From contig NC_043008.1 of assembly GCF_006345805.1 (NCBI RefSeq), forward strand, positions 57,598,001-57,662,000: a DNA stretch of 64,000 nucleotides, read 5' to 3'. Numbering within the stretch: position 1 is the stretch's first letter; each line of letters opens with the position of its first letter. Under the pieces are notes generated by a model. That model did no database searches. It was given only the letters and a program-made list of their open reading frames with translations, and was not told the origin of the DNA. Both the position numbers and the translations under genes were made by a program. This DNA comes from Octopus sinensis (Eukaryota). Below are positions 25,801-40,800 of this stretch, piece by piece.

Positions 25801-27814
25801 GCCTAGCAGAAATTCAATATGGTATTTAAGGATACAAAACCTTAGACCAGTGAGTCTAATAATATATTATTTCCTGCTCCAGAGGAATATTCTGTCAATA
25901 TTTACTTAGTTTAGTGCATTGCTAAGAGCTTATCAAGGACAAAATTACAAACTAGAACTATGATTGAAATATTTATCCTTTTAGGATATATACATGTGAT
26001 GTACATGCATATACATTGTATATACATACATATACATGTGTATATGTATATATATATATATATACTGGGAGATACACCTGGCATTGCTCGGGATTAAAAC
26101 AGCATAGTTTTTGTTTCCCTTGTTTCGGTCATGTTGCTGCAACCATACTGGAGCACCACCTTTAGTCAAGGAAATCAACCCCAGGAGTTGGGTGTGATTT
26201 GCCAAATGGCTGAGTTACAGGGATGTAAACACAGCAACATCAGTTGTCAAGCAATGGTGAGGGTACAGACACACACACACACATATATATATACACACAC
26301 ATATAGACATATAAAACTGAATGTATTGTCTCACATTACAATAGAGATGTTATTGTTTCACTTTTAACACAATACACACACACACATACATACATACATA
26401 CATATATATATAGATATAGATATAGATATATATATATATATATATATATATAGATATTGTAAAAGGATAAAGTATTTCAATCATAGTTCTAGTGTGTAAT
26501 TTTGCCTTTGATAAGCTCTTAGCAAGGCACTAAACGAACCTCCACCTACTATTCTGCCTATATATCAGTGCACACATTTCAATGCAGTGTTTGTCAGAAG
26601 GTTTGCAAATCTAATGGAGGCCTCAAAAGACATTTTAAGGTCCACAAAGATCAGAACTTACTTGCAGCTGATCGTGGTTCCAATCAAATATGCAATCTAT
26701 GTGGTGTCTTTTCAAAATGTTGTCTAGTTTAAAAAACCACAGAGGATGTCATGATGGTTTTAGGGTGTAGGTTTTTCTATATCTTTCAATACATATCAAC
26801 ACTTGTAAAGCAAACTCTGTTGACTTTCAACGTTAGTAGAATTTAATGTATATATATATATGTGTGTGTATATATATATATATATATGTATGTATATGTG
26901 TGTGTGTATATATGTATGTATATATGTGTGTGTGTATATATATATGTATGTATATATGTGTGTGTGTGTATATATATATGTATGTATATATGTGTGTGTG
27001 TATATATGTGTGTGTGTATATATGTGTGTGTATATATATGTATGTATATATTTATGCATGCATGTATATATATACATGTGTATATATGTATGCATGCATG
27101 TATATATACGTGTGTGTATATATATATATATATGTATGTATGTATGCATGCATGTATATATACGTGTGTGTATATATATATATATGTATGTATGCATGCA
27201 TATATATATATATACGTTTGTGTATATATATATATGTATGCATGCATGTATGCATATATACATGTGTATATATATGCATGCATGTATGCATATATACATG
27301 TGTATATATATGCATGCATGTATGTATATATACATGTGTGTATATATATGTATGTATGCATGTATGTATATATACATGTATGTATATATATATGTGTGTG
27401 TGTGTGTGTATGCATATATATATATATATGTATACATGTGTGTGTATATATATATATGTATACAAAAAAAAAAAAAAAAAGCACCATCCGAACGTGGCCG
27501 ATGCCAGACCCCTCTGGCACCTGTGCAGGTGGCACGTAAAAAACACCCACTACACTCGCGGAGTGGTTGGCGTTAGGAAGGGCATCCAGCTGTAGAAACA
27601 CTGCCAGACTAGACTGGAGCCTGGGGCAGTCCCTAGCTCCCCAGACCCCGGTCGAAACCGTCCAACCCGTGCTAGCGCGGAAAACGGACGTTAAACGATG
27701 ATGATGATGATGATGATGTATGTACAAATGTATGTATACATGTCCAAACACATGTATATATGCATGTATATATATATGTATGTACATGTATGTATATACA
27801 TGTATGTATGTATG

Positions 27815-27853
<39 letters not shown>

Positions 27854-29346
27854 TGTAAATATGAGGGTAAAAAATTAAAATAATTTATTACCTTTTGTTT
27901 GCATGTGTAATAAAAGTCATAAGACTTATATAATTTTATATATAAGGGTTTATAAAGATTTATACACATAGAAAAGACCCTTGACAGGACTTCTTACATG
28001 CTAAAAAGGACAGTTAAACCCAAACTGCAAAGAAAGAATTCTAAGGCACACTGTTAATGGCTCTAGAGTGAACACCATAAAAAATTAATCCGATATTCGA
28101 GTTTCACTATTAATAACCAAATATATTAATTTGGCATTCATAGCTCATTAGTGGGATCACTAATGAATGCATAATTATGTAGCTTTAATATGTACTGAAA
28201 ACAGGTGTGCAAGTTAGCCCCATCTTTATACAGGAGTGTTTACTTCCTTTGTTCTGCAGTAGCAAAGAGCTTAGTTTGCAGCAGCTTTTGAATAAATTAC
28301 ACCATGAACAACAGGCACAACATTAGCTCATTTGCATATCAGTACGTTCATTACCGATGCATATTAATTAAACTACAAACACAGCATATTTGTGAATAAA
28401 CAGTAAATATATTTATCGGTTTACATTTACAAAAACATGCATTTTGCTTTGCTTAGTAAATGGACACCCTTGTTAAACTACAGGGCTTTCCATAAAGACA
28501 GACAAATCTAATTGAGTTATTCCTTCAAACCATCTTGCAGACAGAGCTCTATAATTCAACTAAAGGCTGTATTTACACACTGAAGCTAAATCTGTGTACA
28601 GTAGATGTATGTAAACTTATAAAGTAGACATACGGGGCATGTCAAATTTACCTATTTCTCTGTAGATTGACAGGGAAAAAAAGAAAAACGACAAACAGCT
28701 TTAATCAATTTTTGGTACTTATTGAGGTCTCATCAGTGCTGATTACACTACATGAACATTTCCAGAGAAACAAGTAGCTGGTCTGTTTATAAGTACATCA
28801 AATCTAATAGCTTCTGAGAACTGGAACAACCAGTTGGCATACCATGAGTGTTCAACACTTTATTAAATATGAGAGGTCTGTCCATGAGGAACACAGTCTA
28901 CACACTATCAAAGGAAATTTTATGACAGTAATTATAAATACTGATATTGATGATTATTGAATTTTTAGAATTGGAACACAAAGAATGAATTTACTATGCA
29001 ATATTTAATGAACTAAATATGAAACAAAATTTGAAATTTTCTTTAAAATTTAATGAAATAAAACAATTTATTTTATAACCTTGAATTTCTTTGTCTTTTT
29101 TAAAACTATATTTCTCTCTGTATGTATGTGATACACATTGGTACCAACTTATGAAGATTTGTTGTTAAGTAACCTTTGTGTGTATGTTTTGGATTTGTTT
29201 TGTTTTCTTGTAAAACTACACAAAAAAACGTAACATTGATAGGAATCTGCTATCTATTGTAAGTATAAACCTACTGATGTCATATGTTATGTTGGATTAT
29301 TAAATCTAAATATAAAGGCACATAAATCTTTATAAATGATTTTGCC

Positions 29347-29385
<39 letters not shown>

Positions 29386-32300
29386 TTCTACTGGAAGCAC
29401 AAGACATCAAGTATACATACACCTACACCCACGCACAAATAAGATTAATTACTTGGTTGATGAGTCAAGTGTCTTCCCAATGTCTCTGAAACTTTGTGCC
29501 CAATTGCTAAGGAATTTGGTATGGAGAAAGGACCACAAGTTTGATCATCACAGTATTTGGTCTTTGAAAAAGTACAACATTTCTTAGGATGATAGGAGAT
29601 CTGTCCATGTGCAGAAAGATGCTTTAGCACCACGGTCTTCCCTGATGCCTACTCCTAGTATGTGAAGGACAGAATTTGGACTCGGATTGCAAAAAACCAG
29701 AACAGATGATGCTGCGACTTGTCTTGTCCCACATGCTAATTAATCAGTTTATCAACCATGCTGGACTGCCACTTATTCTGTCAACCCTAAAAAGGATAAA
29801 GTGCAAAGTTGACTTCAAGAGGATTTGAACACAGGAAGCAGAGAACCAGAACATATAATTTGCCATCATTTGGTATATACATTGCATAACACAATTATAT
29901 ATATATATATATAAGTACACAGAGACACATGTATATATATAGCCTAATAAAATATGACATTTTCTCATAGTCTTTTAATCTATTTTCTATATCTGTCCCT
30001 CTACCTCTCTCTTTCTCTGGAAATTGTTGTAATTTCAGTTTTATTAGAAATATATTGTTGTCATTGATGCACATGAGAAGAAAATGTTTATTCCATTTTT
30101 GTCTTGTAAAACCAACAACAATTGGAATGATGCATCAAGAGAATTTACTTGTGACAACAATAACAAATGTTGAAACCTTTTGGGTTGACCATGTTGTGAT
30201 ATTATGTCTTTTGAATTTGATGTTAATATCCTAAATTTCTTTGTTTTTATAGATTGCCATTTCACTGGTTACCCTAGTTGCGGACAACAACAAACTGTGC
30301 TAACTGTTCTGACCATATTTACATATCTCTCTATTTCTTTCCCTCTCTCTCTTTCTCTCTCCATGAAGCAGGGATGCTGTTACTGCCATCCAGGCACCGA
30401 AACAACTCGTCGCTTTTTATGATATTTAGCTTTCTTCCCTTTTTGTCAGTTAATTGTACTAGATGTGGTAACTGGACGCATGTTTGACATCCCATCACTG
30501 AAGAGTAGCTCGTCATGTGCTGCTCCTGACTCCTGCGGTATCCACAGTATTGAAATCAACCCCTCACGGACCTATCTAGCGACTGGAGCAGAGACCACAA
30601 ATGACCTTGCTATATACAAGCTGCCAACGTTCGATCCTCTTTGTGTTGGAGAAGTGAGTATCTTGTTTTATTGTTGAGGATGATGGATTGTATTGGTGAC
30701 GGTTAAGTAGATTTTAGTTGTTACCGAGTGGCATTTAACCCTTAAGTGTTCAAATTAATATGTCAGAAGTAATCCTTATTCATTTACATTTTAAAAAATT
30801 AATCTGGTATTATCTTGTAGCATCAAGATTTGAAAGATGTAATTGTTTATTTTTAGAATGACATTGCAGGGTAGGTGTGAGATACTGGTTCTGGCCAGTT
30901 TGAGCATAAAATGAGTAGAATATATGGGCCGGATATAGCCAGTTTAAACACTAAAGGGTTAATTGAATGTTATTTGGTTGTCATTAAGTGGTATTTAGTT
31001 ATAGCCATTTATGTTTTGAGTTCAAATCTCAACAACACTGACTAAACTTTTAATCCTTCCTGGCTCAATAAGATAAAGTATCCTTTCCTCAAATTTGAAG
31101 TCATGTGCTTTGGTTAGAGATTATATTATTATTATTATTGTGGTGAACTGGCAGAATTGGTAGCATGTTGGACAAATGCTAAGCAGCATTTCATCCATCT
31201 TTATGTTCTGAGTTCAAATTCCACCATGGTTAACTTTGCCTTTCGTCATTTAGAGATTATTAAAATAAGTACCTGTTGCAAACTAGGGTCAATGTAATTA
31301 ACTTGTCCCCTTCCTTTAAAATTTCGGGCCTTGTTCCTATATTAAAAAGGATTGTTATTGTTAGTGTTACTATTATTATTATTATTAATATTATTAAGGC
31401 AGCGAGCTGGCAGGATCATTAGCATACTGGACGAAATGCTTTGTGGTATTTCGCCCATCTCTATGCTCTGAATTCAAATTCTGCTGAAATTTGCCTTTCA
31501 TCCTTTTAGGGTTGATAAATTAAATATCAATGAAACATTGGGGTTGATGTAACCTATTATTCCCTTCCTCCCAAAAATTTCAGGCCTTGTGCCTAGAGTA
31601 GAAAGGATTATCTTTATTACCTTTCACCCTTTTGGGATCAATGAAATAAGTACCAGATGAATACTGCAGATGATATAATCAGCTAGCCCCCTCCACATTT
31701 CAGGCCTTGTATCAATAATAGAAAGACTTATTATTATTATTATTATTACACATTGTTGATTTTTTTATAAACTTTGTTAGTCTTGTGTACATGTAAACCC
31801 TCCACAACAACAAACACTCACACACAGACATTCTTTGTTTTGTCCTGTACTGTCCATAATGTTTTTTCTTAATGTAAATTCTTGTGGTTAATAAAGAAAT
31901 CATTATTATTATTAAGGTGGTTCTTACATTCCTTTCTCCAAAATATGTCAGAAAGCGTGTTAATTTATGCGCCAAACTCCAGCTTCTTTTTCTTCTTCCT
32001 CCTCCTCCGATCAGGACACATGCGTTGGTGTTTTCTTCTTCTTCCAATCAGGACTCACGCCATTAGCCACAAAGAATAATCTCTAATTCGAGCCTACTCT
32101 AAGCTACTAAGAATGCGTGTGGCAACTTGAAGATCCACCCACCACACGCGATAGACTGGTGGTTGCACGGGTGCGAAAGCTACATTGTTATCCTCATTCC
32201 GTAAATTGTGGCTTTTAACGGGTGGAGAGCTGAACCTTCCTGGGGTACAGAGGATTTGCAATCTAGACTAGGGTCTGAAAGTTTACCACACCAAACTGGG

Positions 32301-34789
32301 TTACACCATGATTCCTCTGCTTTGTGGCAGAAGTAGGAAGAAAGAGTGAGAGAAAGTTGCGGTGAAAGAGTACAGTGGGGTTCACCACCATCCCTTGCCG
32401 GAGCCTTGTGGAGCTTAGGTGTTTTTGCTCAATAAACACTCACAATGCCTAGTCTGGGAATCGAAACAGCGTTCTTACGACCGCGAGTCCACTGCCCTAA
32501 CAACTGGGCCATTGCAACTCCACTCTGCTGTTGTAACTTTTTCCTTAGAGATATCAACCACATGATGCAAAATTTGTTACTGTTCCTAATTTTTTTTGTC
32601 AGTGCACTCCTGCAATACAATGAAAACACAATAACATTGCATTGCTGTTCAACAATGTGCAATACTGCAGAAATGCAACACCATAAATGCATATTTTATT
32701 TTACTATTTTATGTTTTTTTGTTGTTTTTGTTTTTCTCCTTAGCTGGCTCATAAGGACTGGATCTATGATATGACTTGGTTGACGGATGACACAATAGTA
32801 ACAGGTTAGTAGAGCCATGTTGTTTCATTTAGCCCTAGGTTGCAATTATGATCAAAAGCATTCCAGCTATTGACCATCATGTCCTTTTTTTTTCTTTTTT
32901 TTTTCACACATTGCATATCTTTTCTTTTTACTAGTTTCAGTTGTTGGACTGTGGCCATGCTGGGGCTCCACTTTGAAGGATTCTAGTCAGACAAGTTAAC
33001 TCCCTGCCCCCAGAACTTTTTTTTTTCCTTTTCTGAAGTTTAGTACTTACTCCACTGGTCTAACCACTAAGTTACAGGGATGTAAACAAACCAGCACTGG
33101 TTGTCAAGTGATAGCGAGATGCACAGATGTACACATGTCCTTAACGTCGTTATCGTCATTTAGCTTCTGCTTTCCATGTTGACATGGGTTGAACGGTTTG
33201 ACTGAAAGTGATAAGCTGGAGAGCTGCACCAGATTTCATGGTTTCTATGGCTGGATGCCCTTCTTTAATGCCAACCACTCCAAAAGTGTAATGGGCGTTT
33301 TTTACATGCCACTGGCACAGAACACCAGCATCAGCCATGACTACAAATTCACTTGGCTTGACGAGTCTTCTCAAGCATGCCATATCACCAAAGGTCTCGG
33401 TCATATGTAAAAAAAGAAGAAAAAAAAAAGCATCAAAGGTCCTTCCTGTTCCATAGACTCATAAGGCTGGTTTCCTAGATTCTGTGGCATATAAATCCCC
33501 TCTCTGAACAGAATGCCAGTCCATTGCTGGATTGCTCCTTTTTGCCAGCTGAGAGTAGACTGGAGCAACATGAAGTAAAATATCTTGCTCAAAAAAACAT
33601 TGCATTACCCAGTTCGGGAATTGAAACCACAATTTAATGACCATGACTACAAACACCCAAAACTCTAAGCCATGCACTTACACACACACATATCATGTGA
33701 TAGTTGTAAATGAGTGTCCCTGTCATACAAGCAGTGTCATTCATTTCCAGTGTTCTGTAAGAACATGTCTGGCCATAGGGAAATATTGATATAAATAATA
33801 TATAAATATATGCATAAGTACAAAGTGAGATAGGGGTTATGAGTGTAACCCACTGTGGGATATCAGTTATCCAATATACTGCTAGTGAAGTACCCAAAAG
33901 GCTAATACATAAATGCTTATAACTGCAATGCAATTATTTCCTTTATTGTATTAGATGGGCGAAGGTAAAATATTTTACCTCAAAATCATAATACAAATAA
34001 GAAAATGGACTGTAAGTTGATGATTGAAAGGAATCTGTTCCTCCATTTTCTTATTTGTATTATAAATATATGCATATATACATACATATATGTACATATC
34101 TACATATATATGTATATATACATGCATATATGGGTACAGGACATCAAAAACACATTGAAAACAATGAGAAACAAAAACATAAAACAAAAACATAGAAACA
34201 AACTTTTTTTTGGAATAACGAAAAAATAAATTAAGTCACAGGCTTAACCCTTTTGTTACCGTATTTATTTTGAGATGCTCTGTGTTTCTTTCAATTACTT
34301 TAAATATAACAAAGAATTTAGTAAAATAACTTAGTTATCATTCAGCTAGTGTTAAGAATATAAATTGTGACTAAGGTTTGGTGGAAAATTTTAATTCAAA
34401 ATTTATGAAAACAAGACATTTGTACTCAGAACCAGAGCCGGTTTCAGCCGGGTTGGTAACAAAAGGGTTAAACTAAAAATAAGTACTGGGGCTGATTTAT
34501 TCAGCTAAAAATAAAATTCTTGGAGGTGGTGCCCCAGTATGACTGTGGTCTAATGACTGAAACAGGGCTAAAAATAAAAGATAAATTCTTCTTAATTTGA
34601 AAAATTAATTGAAACTATAGGCATAGGAGTGGCTGTCTGGTAAGTAGCTTGCTTACGAACCACATGGTTCCGGGTCAGTCCCAGTGCGTGGCACCTTGGG
34701 CAATTGTCTTCTGCTATAGCCTCAGGCCGACCAAAGCCTTGTGAGTGGATTTGGTAGATGGAAACTGAAAGAAGCCCATCGTATATATA

Positions 34790-34853
<64 letters not shown>

Positions 34854-35457
34854 TTGTGTGTCTGTGTTTGTCCCCCAACATCGCTTAACAACTGATGCTG
34901 GTGTATTTATGTCCCTGTAACTTAGCTGTTCGGCAAAAGAGACCGATAGAATAAGTACTAGGCTTACAAAGAATAAATCCTGGGGTCGATTTGCCTGACT
35001 AAAGGCGGTTCTCCAGCATGGCCTCAGTCAAATGACTGAAACAAGTAAGAGTAAAAGAGAATGATAGAGTATTCGAGAGAAATACGGTAACAAAACAGTT
35101 AACTCATTGCTACTTGATGCCATTTGCTTTAAGCATTCAAAGAAAAATATGCACACATACATAAGCAGAGAGAGATATAGAAGGCAGGAGAGTTGGATGC
35201 GAGTAACGTTAAAGTATCCCATGTCAAATAAGTCCCAATTGAATCAATGACGCCAAATAGTGGTACCAAAACAACATCAACAGATTGTCTCACACCCTTA
35301 TTATGGATATCTGTTGAACTACACAGAATTCGTATTTTATAAAAATTTTTTGTTTTTTCTCATTGCCTTTTTCTCTGGTTGCTACTGTTTGTGAATGCTT
35401 TAAGCGCCAATCACATGACCAGCATATTCATTTCCTTTATTTTTTTACTATTTTATC

Positions 35458-35489
<32 letters not shown>

Positions 35490-36043
35490 CATGCACACAC
35501 ACACACACACCTCTTCATGCATTATTACTATATATCCGTTCCATCTGAGAGAGAAACCACAAAAGAGAGAATGCGATGGTGGTGGATTTGGACAAAAGCT
35601 CATTGATTTCTCGGTCTTAGCTTGGGTTGGCTTTAGTACAGCTAACACCCCCACCACACACACACAACACCACCACCATCACCACACACACACACATGTA
35701 TGCCCACTTTGTTTCTTGTTTTTTTATACAGAATGAACAAAGTAGGTGCAGGCTTGCTTGTGTGGTAAGATGTTTGCTTCCTAACTACACAGTTCTGGGT
35801 TCAGTTCCATTCTGTGACACCTTGAGTGTCATTAATTATAGTCTTGGGCCAAGCAAAGCCTTGTGAGTTTTTGGTAGATGGAAACTGAAAGAAGCCCTTT
35901 ATATATGTATATATATATATATATATATTTATACATCCATCCATATATATTTCATACATACATGCATATATATATAGTTTTTTATTTCACCTGAAGCTGA
36001 GTTTGTCTTGTGACTCAAATTTCATGCCACTGGGATTACCAAG

Positions 36044-36121
<78 letters not shown>

Positions 36122-37802
36122 TAGGTACAGGTGTAGCTGTCTAGTAAGAAGCTTGCTTCCCAACCACATGGTTCCAGGTTCAGTCCCACTGCATGGCATT
36201 TTGAGCAAGTGTCTTCTACTATAGCCTCAACAACCTTCAACAAGATAACAGTCATGTATACAACTTGAACTGACACATCATTACATAAACATACGTTCAC
36301 ATGTACATACACATGTACACACACACAAACACATCTATACACTCTCCTAAATACTCACATACGTAAGTACATACATACATGCGTATAGGCATGCACACAT
36401 GCATGTGTACATACATGTAACACATACATACATACGCACATACATACATACATACATACATAAGTACGTATGTACATATATATCATGAACTAACTGTTAC
36501 CTTCTAAGATGCAGCATGAAGTTTTGTCAGCCTCGGGCTGTCTTTGTTAGTGGATTTGATAGGTGAAAACTGAAAGAAGCCCATTGTATGTCTATATGTG
36601 TGTGTGTGTGTAGTCATTGTGTCTATGTTTGTCCCCACCCCATCACTGCTTGACAACTGGTGTTGGTGTGTTTATGTCACTGTAACTTAGCAGTTCAGCA
36701 GAAGAGACCAATAAAATAAGTACTAGGCTTTAAAAATCAGTCCTGGGGTCAATTTGTTTGACTAAAATGCTTCAAAGCAGTGCTCCAGCATGGTTGCCAT
36801 TTAAATGATTGAAACAAATAAAAGAAACTATGTCTGTCTGTGTGTCTGTCTTTCCTTGCCTTGACTTTATGCAATATTTCTAAGCAAATGTCATGGTCAT
36901 GTAAACGGTGTCGTTTGTTTCCAGTCTTCCATGAAAAACATGTCTGGCAATAGAGAAATATATTACCTTAATTGGAAGCAGCAAGCGTTGGCAACAGGAA
37001 GGGCATTCAGGTGCAGAAAATCTGCCTCAGCAAAGTCCATCTGACCCATGTAAGCATGGGTAAGTGGACATTAAAATGATGATGATGATAATAATAATAA
37101 TGAAATTATTGTATACAGTGCTCAGGTGCACCACAACTTGTCAAAAAGTGCATATAAATCATATGCAGTAATATACAAATGTCTGGGAAGTGAACAGTGT
37201 ATGAGTCAGATACATGCTTGCGTGTGTATGGAGGGGAGAAAGTCAGGTGTAGTGTTGGCGAATCTCAGGAAGCATGGAAGTTTTGAAGGAGGGACAAGTC
37301 TTATGATTCAGTTTACTTCTAATCGGTTGATACAACCAGTTCCAGAAAGAAATGTCAATGAAAGATTAATAGGTTATCTAACACGTTTCGACAATCAAAA
37401 TATTGATTGTTTTTCTGTTTAAGTCTATTATGTATTGTGTTCTTCCATCTGGTTTGTTATTTCGTGTGTGTGTGTTTATGCGAGAGAGACGGAGAGGTGG
37501 GGCAGAGAAGAGTAAGGCAGGAGAGAAATGTTCGGTGTAGTGGCACAATAGCTGAGTGCACATGTACTGCTGTTCTTTCTTTGTTTTTGTTTTGATATTT
37601 GCTAGTTCTTGAGGAAGGGGTAATACCCAAGCCCTTCCAAAAGTAATTAGTTATCGCAATATCACAATACTAATTAACTTCTGCCAGTGTGAAGACAAAA
37701 GGGGTCTGTGAAGATAAAGGTGTTTTAGAGAAATATGAGGGTGTTAATATGAAGCTATTAGTATGAATAAGCTCCTATTCTGAATATGTGTGTGTGTATG
37801 TA

Positions 37803-37835
<33 letters not shown>

Positions 37836-40800
37836 TATATATATATATATATATATGCATACATACACACACACATATATATATGCATACATACATATGT
37901 ATAAATGTGTAATTACCAGTTGTTGGAAATGACTTCCTCTTCTCCAAAATCGTTGGTTTTGTGCCAAAAGGTTTTAGAAAGGACTGTTTCATTCCTCTTG
38001 AACACTAAAATGACGTTTTTAGAGGACAGTTTTAGCAGATAATCAACATATTTCTGTAAAGAGCAGTTCTACAGTATCAACAATTTGAAAATAGAAACCA
38101 ATTATTTCAAACATCTAAACTCTTTATTGTCAATATAATGGACCTTTGTGTACAAAACTCCATTGAAAAGTTCACCAAAGTGTACTTGATCTCTAATAAC
38201 ACTGGTTTGCAAAAATTGTTTTTTTATTTGCTCTGCAGCAAGGATGTGAATGGGCTTTTTTTTACTAATTTTTATGTGGTGAATTCAGTTTTCTGAACAG
38301 TTTTGTTCTTTTCACCTCTAGTTTTTTTTTTTTTTTTTTGCTTTCACATATCTAATTTTAAATATACTGCATATATATTCAAAATATGTATTTATTTCAT
38401 GATACAAAGGTATATTACAGCAAAAATAAACAACAAAAAAAACATCATAGATACAGAACATTGATGGAATTAAATTACTTGGATAATACAATACACACAA
38501 ATCATAGTATAGCAGACAGAAGTGAGTTTTTTTTTTGGATAATCTTGTGTACTTTGTCTCCGGGATGTCATGCAAAAGCATCCAGCAAAAATTTCCCATC
38601 ATGCTGAGGTTCCACTTCTTGTCTTGGTAGTTGCTCTCCATGTTAGTCATATTTTGTTGGAACCTTCCTCCATGCTCATCATTCACCGCTCTGAGCTTCA
38701 GAGGGAAGAAGTTGAGGTGGGAATGGAGTTAGTCCATTGTAGAAGGGTTTACAACAGATGTGTGGGGCCCAGGATTGGTCCTGATCTCCGATTTTACAGT
38801 CAAAATAATGAAAGCAGTTCTCAGTGGGGGAGTAATTGTTTGGGGCTGTACAGCTGTCATGAAATCCCCACACATGTAGCAGAATGAATTTGCCTTGTTG
38901 ATGCATCCTCAGTGTTTTGAAGTGCCTGAAACCATTGTAGAGATATGTATCATAAAAATCTGGGAAACAAAATAAAAATTGATCATATATATGGTTTCAT
39001 GAATTGTCGCAAAATCATAATGTATAACTAAGAAACTGGAGGTGATGAGTGAAAACTGGTTTTGTATGTGAAATCAGCATCCCAAAGTTTAGGCTAGACT
39101 ACTATTTTTATGTTTACCTCAATTTCTCTGTAAACCAGATTATAATTTATGTATTTGAATATTTGAATATTTTTTTGTTACTTTTTCTTCCTTTGTGTAG
39201 GCTCCAAAGACAGCACGATTGCTATATGGAAGATAAAGGAACAAAATACAGAGATGTACAATGCATTACCACCTCGCTATTCCCATATTTCACCCGAATG
39301 TATCAAAAGATGTGGTTCAGCTGAGAAAATCCGGTCATTCGCTTACTGTAAAGGACGACAGGTAATTTGTCCACTCCTCCACTTATATCCAGACAAAAAA
39401 ACATTTTACCGAGGCATCATTCCTTCATCTTTCTTTGTCTATGTTTTTCTCTCTTCTTTTTTCTCTGTATGCCGTTATCTACCTAGCTATCTCTCAATGC
39501 ACCAATCTTTCTCTCTGTTTTTCTGTCTATCTCTGTAATTCTTCTCTATTCCTCAATGCCCTTTCTTATTTCTTTATTGCCCACAAGGGGCTAAACATAG
39601 AGGAGACAAACAAGGACAGAAAAATTGATTAAGTTGATTACATCGACCCCAGTGCGTAAATGGTACTTAATTTATCGACCCCGAAGGGATGAAAGGCAAA
39701 GTCGACCTTGGCGGAATTTGAACTCAGAACGTAGCGGCAGACAAAATACCACTAAGCACTTCACCCGGCATGCTAACGTTTCTGCCAGCTCGCTGCCTCA
39801 ATGCTCTTTCTGTCTCTTCACTCTGTCTCCCTTTATCTTTCAGCATCCTCTGTCTCCATCTATTTCTTGATGCCCCTTCTGTTTTTCTGTTTATCTTATT
39901 GCCTTCAGTGTTCCTTTTATCTCTCAATTTATCTTTCAATGCCCTCTCTGTCTCTTAAAAGTTTCCCTGTCTCTTCTCTCTATCTCTCAATGCCCTCTCT
40001 GTCTCCATCTGTTTCTTGATGTCCTCTCAGTTTCTTGTCCCTTTTTCTCTTTCTGTCTCATTACCTTCAGTGTTTCTTCTATGCTTCAGTCTATCTCTCA
40101 ATGTAGTGCTTGGACACAGCCCAACTGTCCCAGAGACGGAGAAAGCAACATCACTTTGTGAAACCTACTTGCATACCCATAAGGGACCCAATGACCTTGA
40201 GGTCCCCACTGAGACTCCACTGGTACTCCACTCTGTCTCTTCTCTGTAGTTATCTTTTAAAGCCTTCCCTATCTCTTCATTTTTCTCCCTCTCTCAATAC
40301 CTTCTCTGACCCCCATCTCTAACTTTCAATGTCCATCCTGTTTCTTCTCGCCACTTCTCTGTTTCTCAATGCCATACCTGTCTCTTCTCTATATTTCTCT
40401 CTCTCTTTCTCAATACTCTGCTTGCTTCTTCTTTTTCCTTTTTCCTTTCTCTGCTTCTGCCTGTTTATCTGAACTTATTGCAAAATCAGAATTAACTCCC
40501 TTTCTATTCCTGACAGTTGATTTTCATTTTCTCTTGCAGGAGCTTGCGTTGAGTTCGCTCAATGAATATTTTCAAACGTGGGATATGAACAGAACTAAAC
40601 AGGTAATGTCACTGCCACTCTCTATTTGGAGTGCAAATATCCACTCCAATCCTAATTCTTCCACACACAGTAGGTTACCATTGACAATGACCTCAGAGGG
40701 AGACGTTTCTTGTGTCTTTCGCTAATTTAGATGAAACATTAGCTATTCGGGGACTGTTCATTGTTGCTACTTAATTTCTTAGTAGTTATATCAAAAATAA

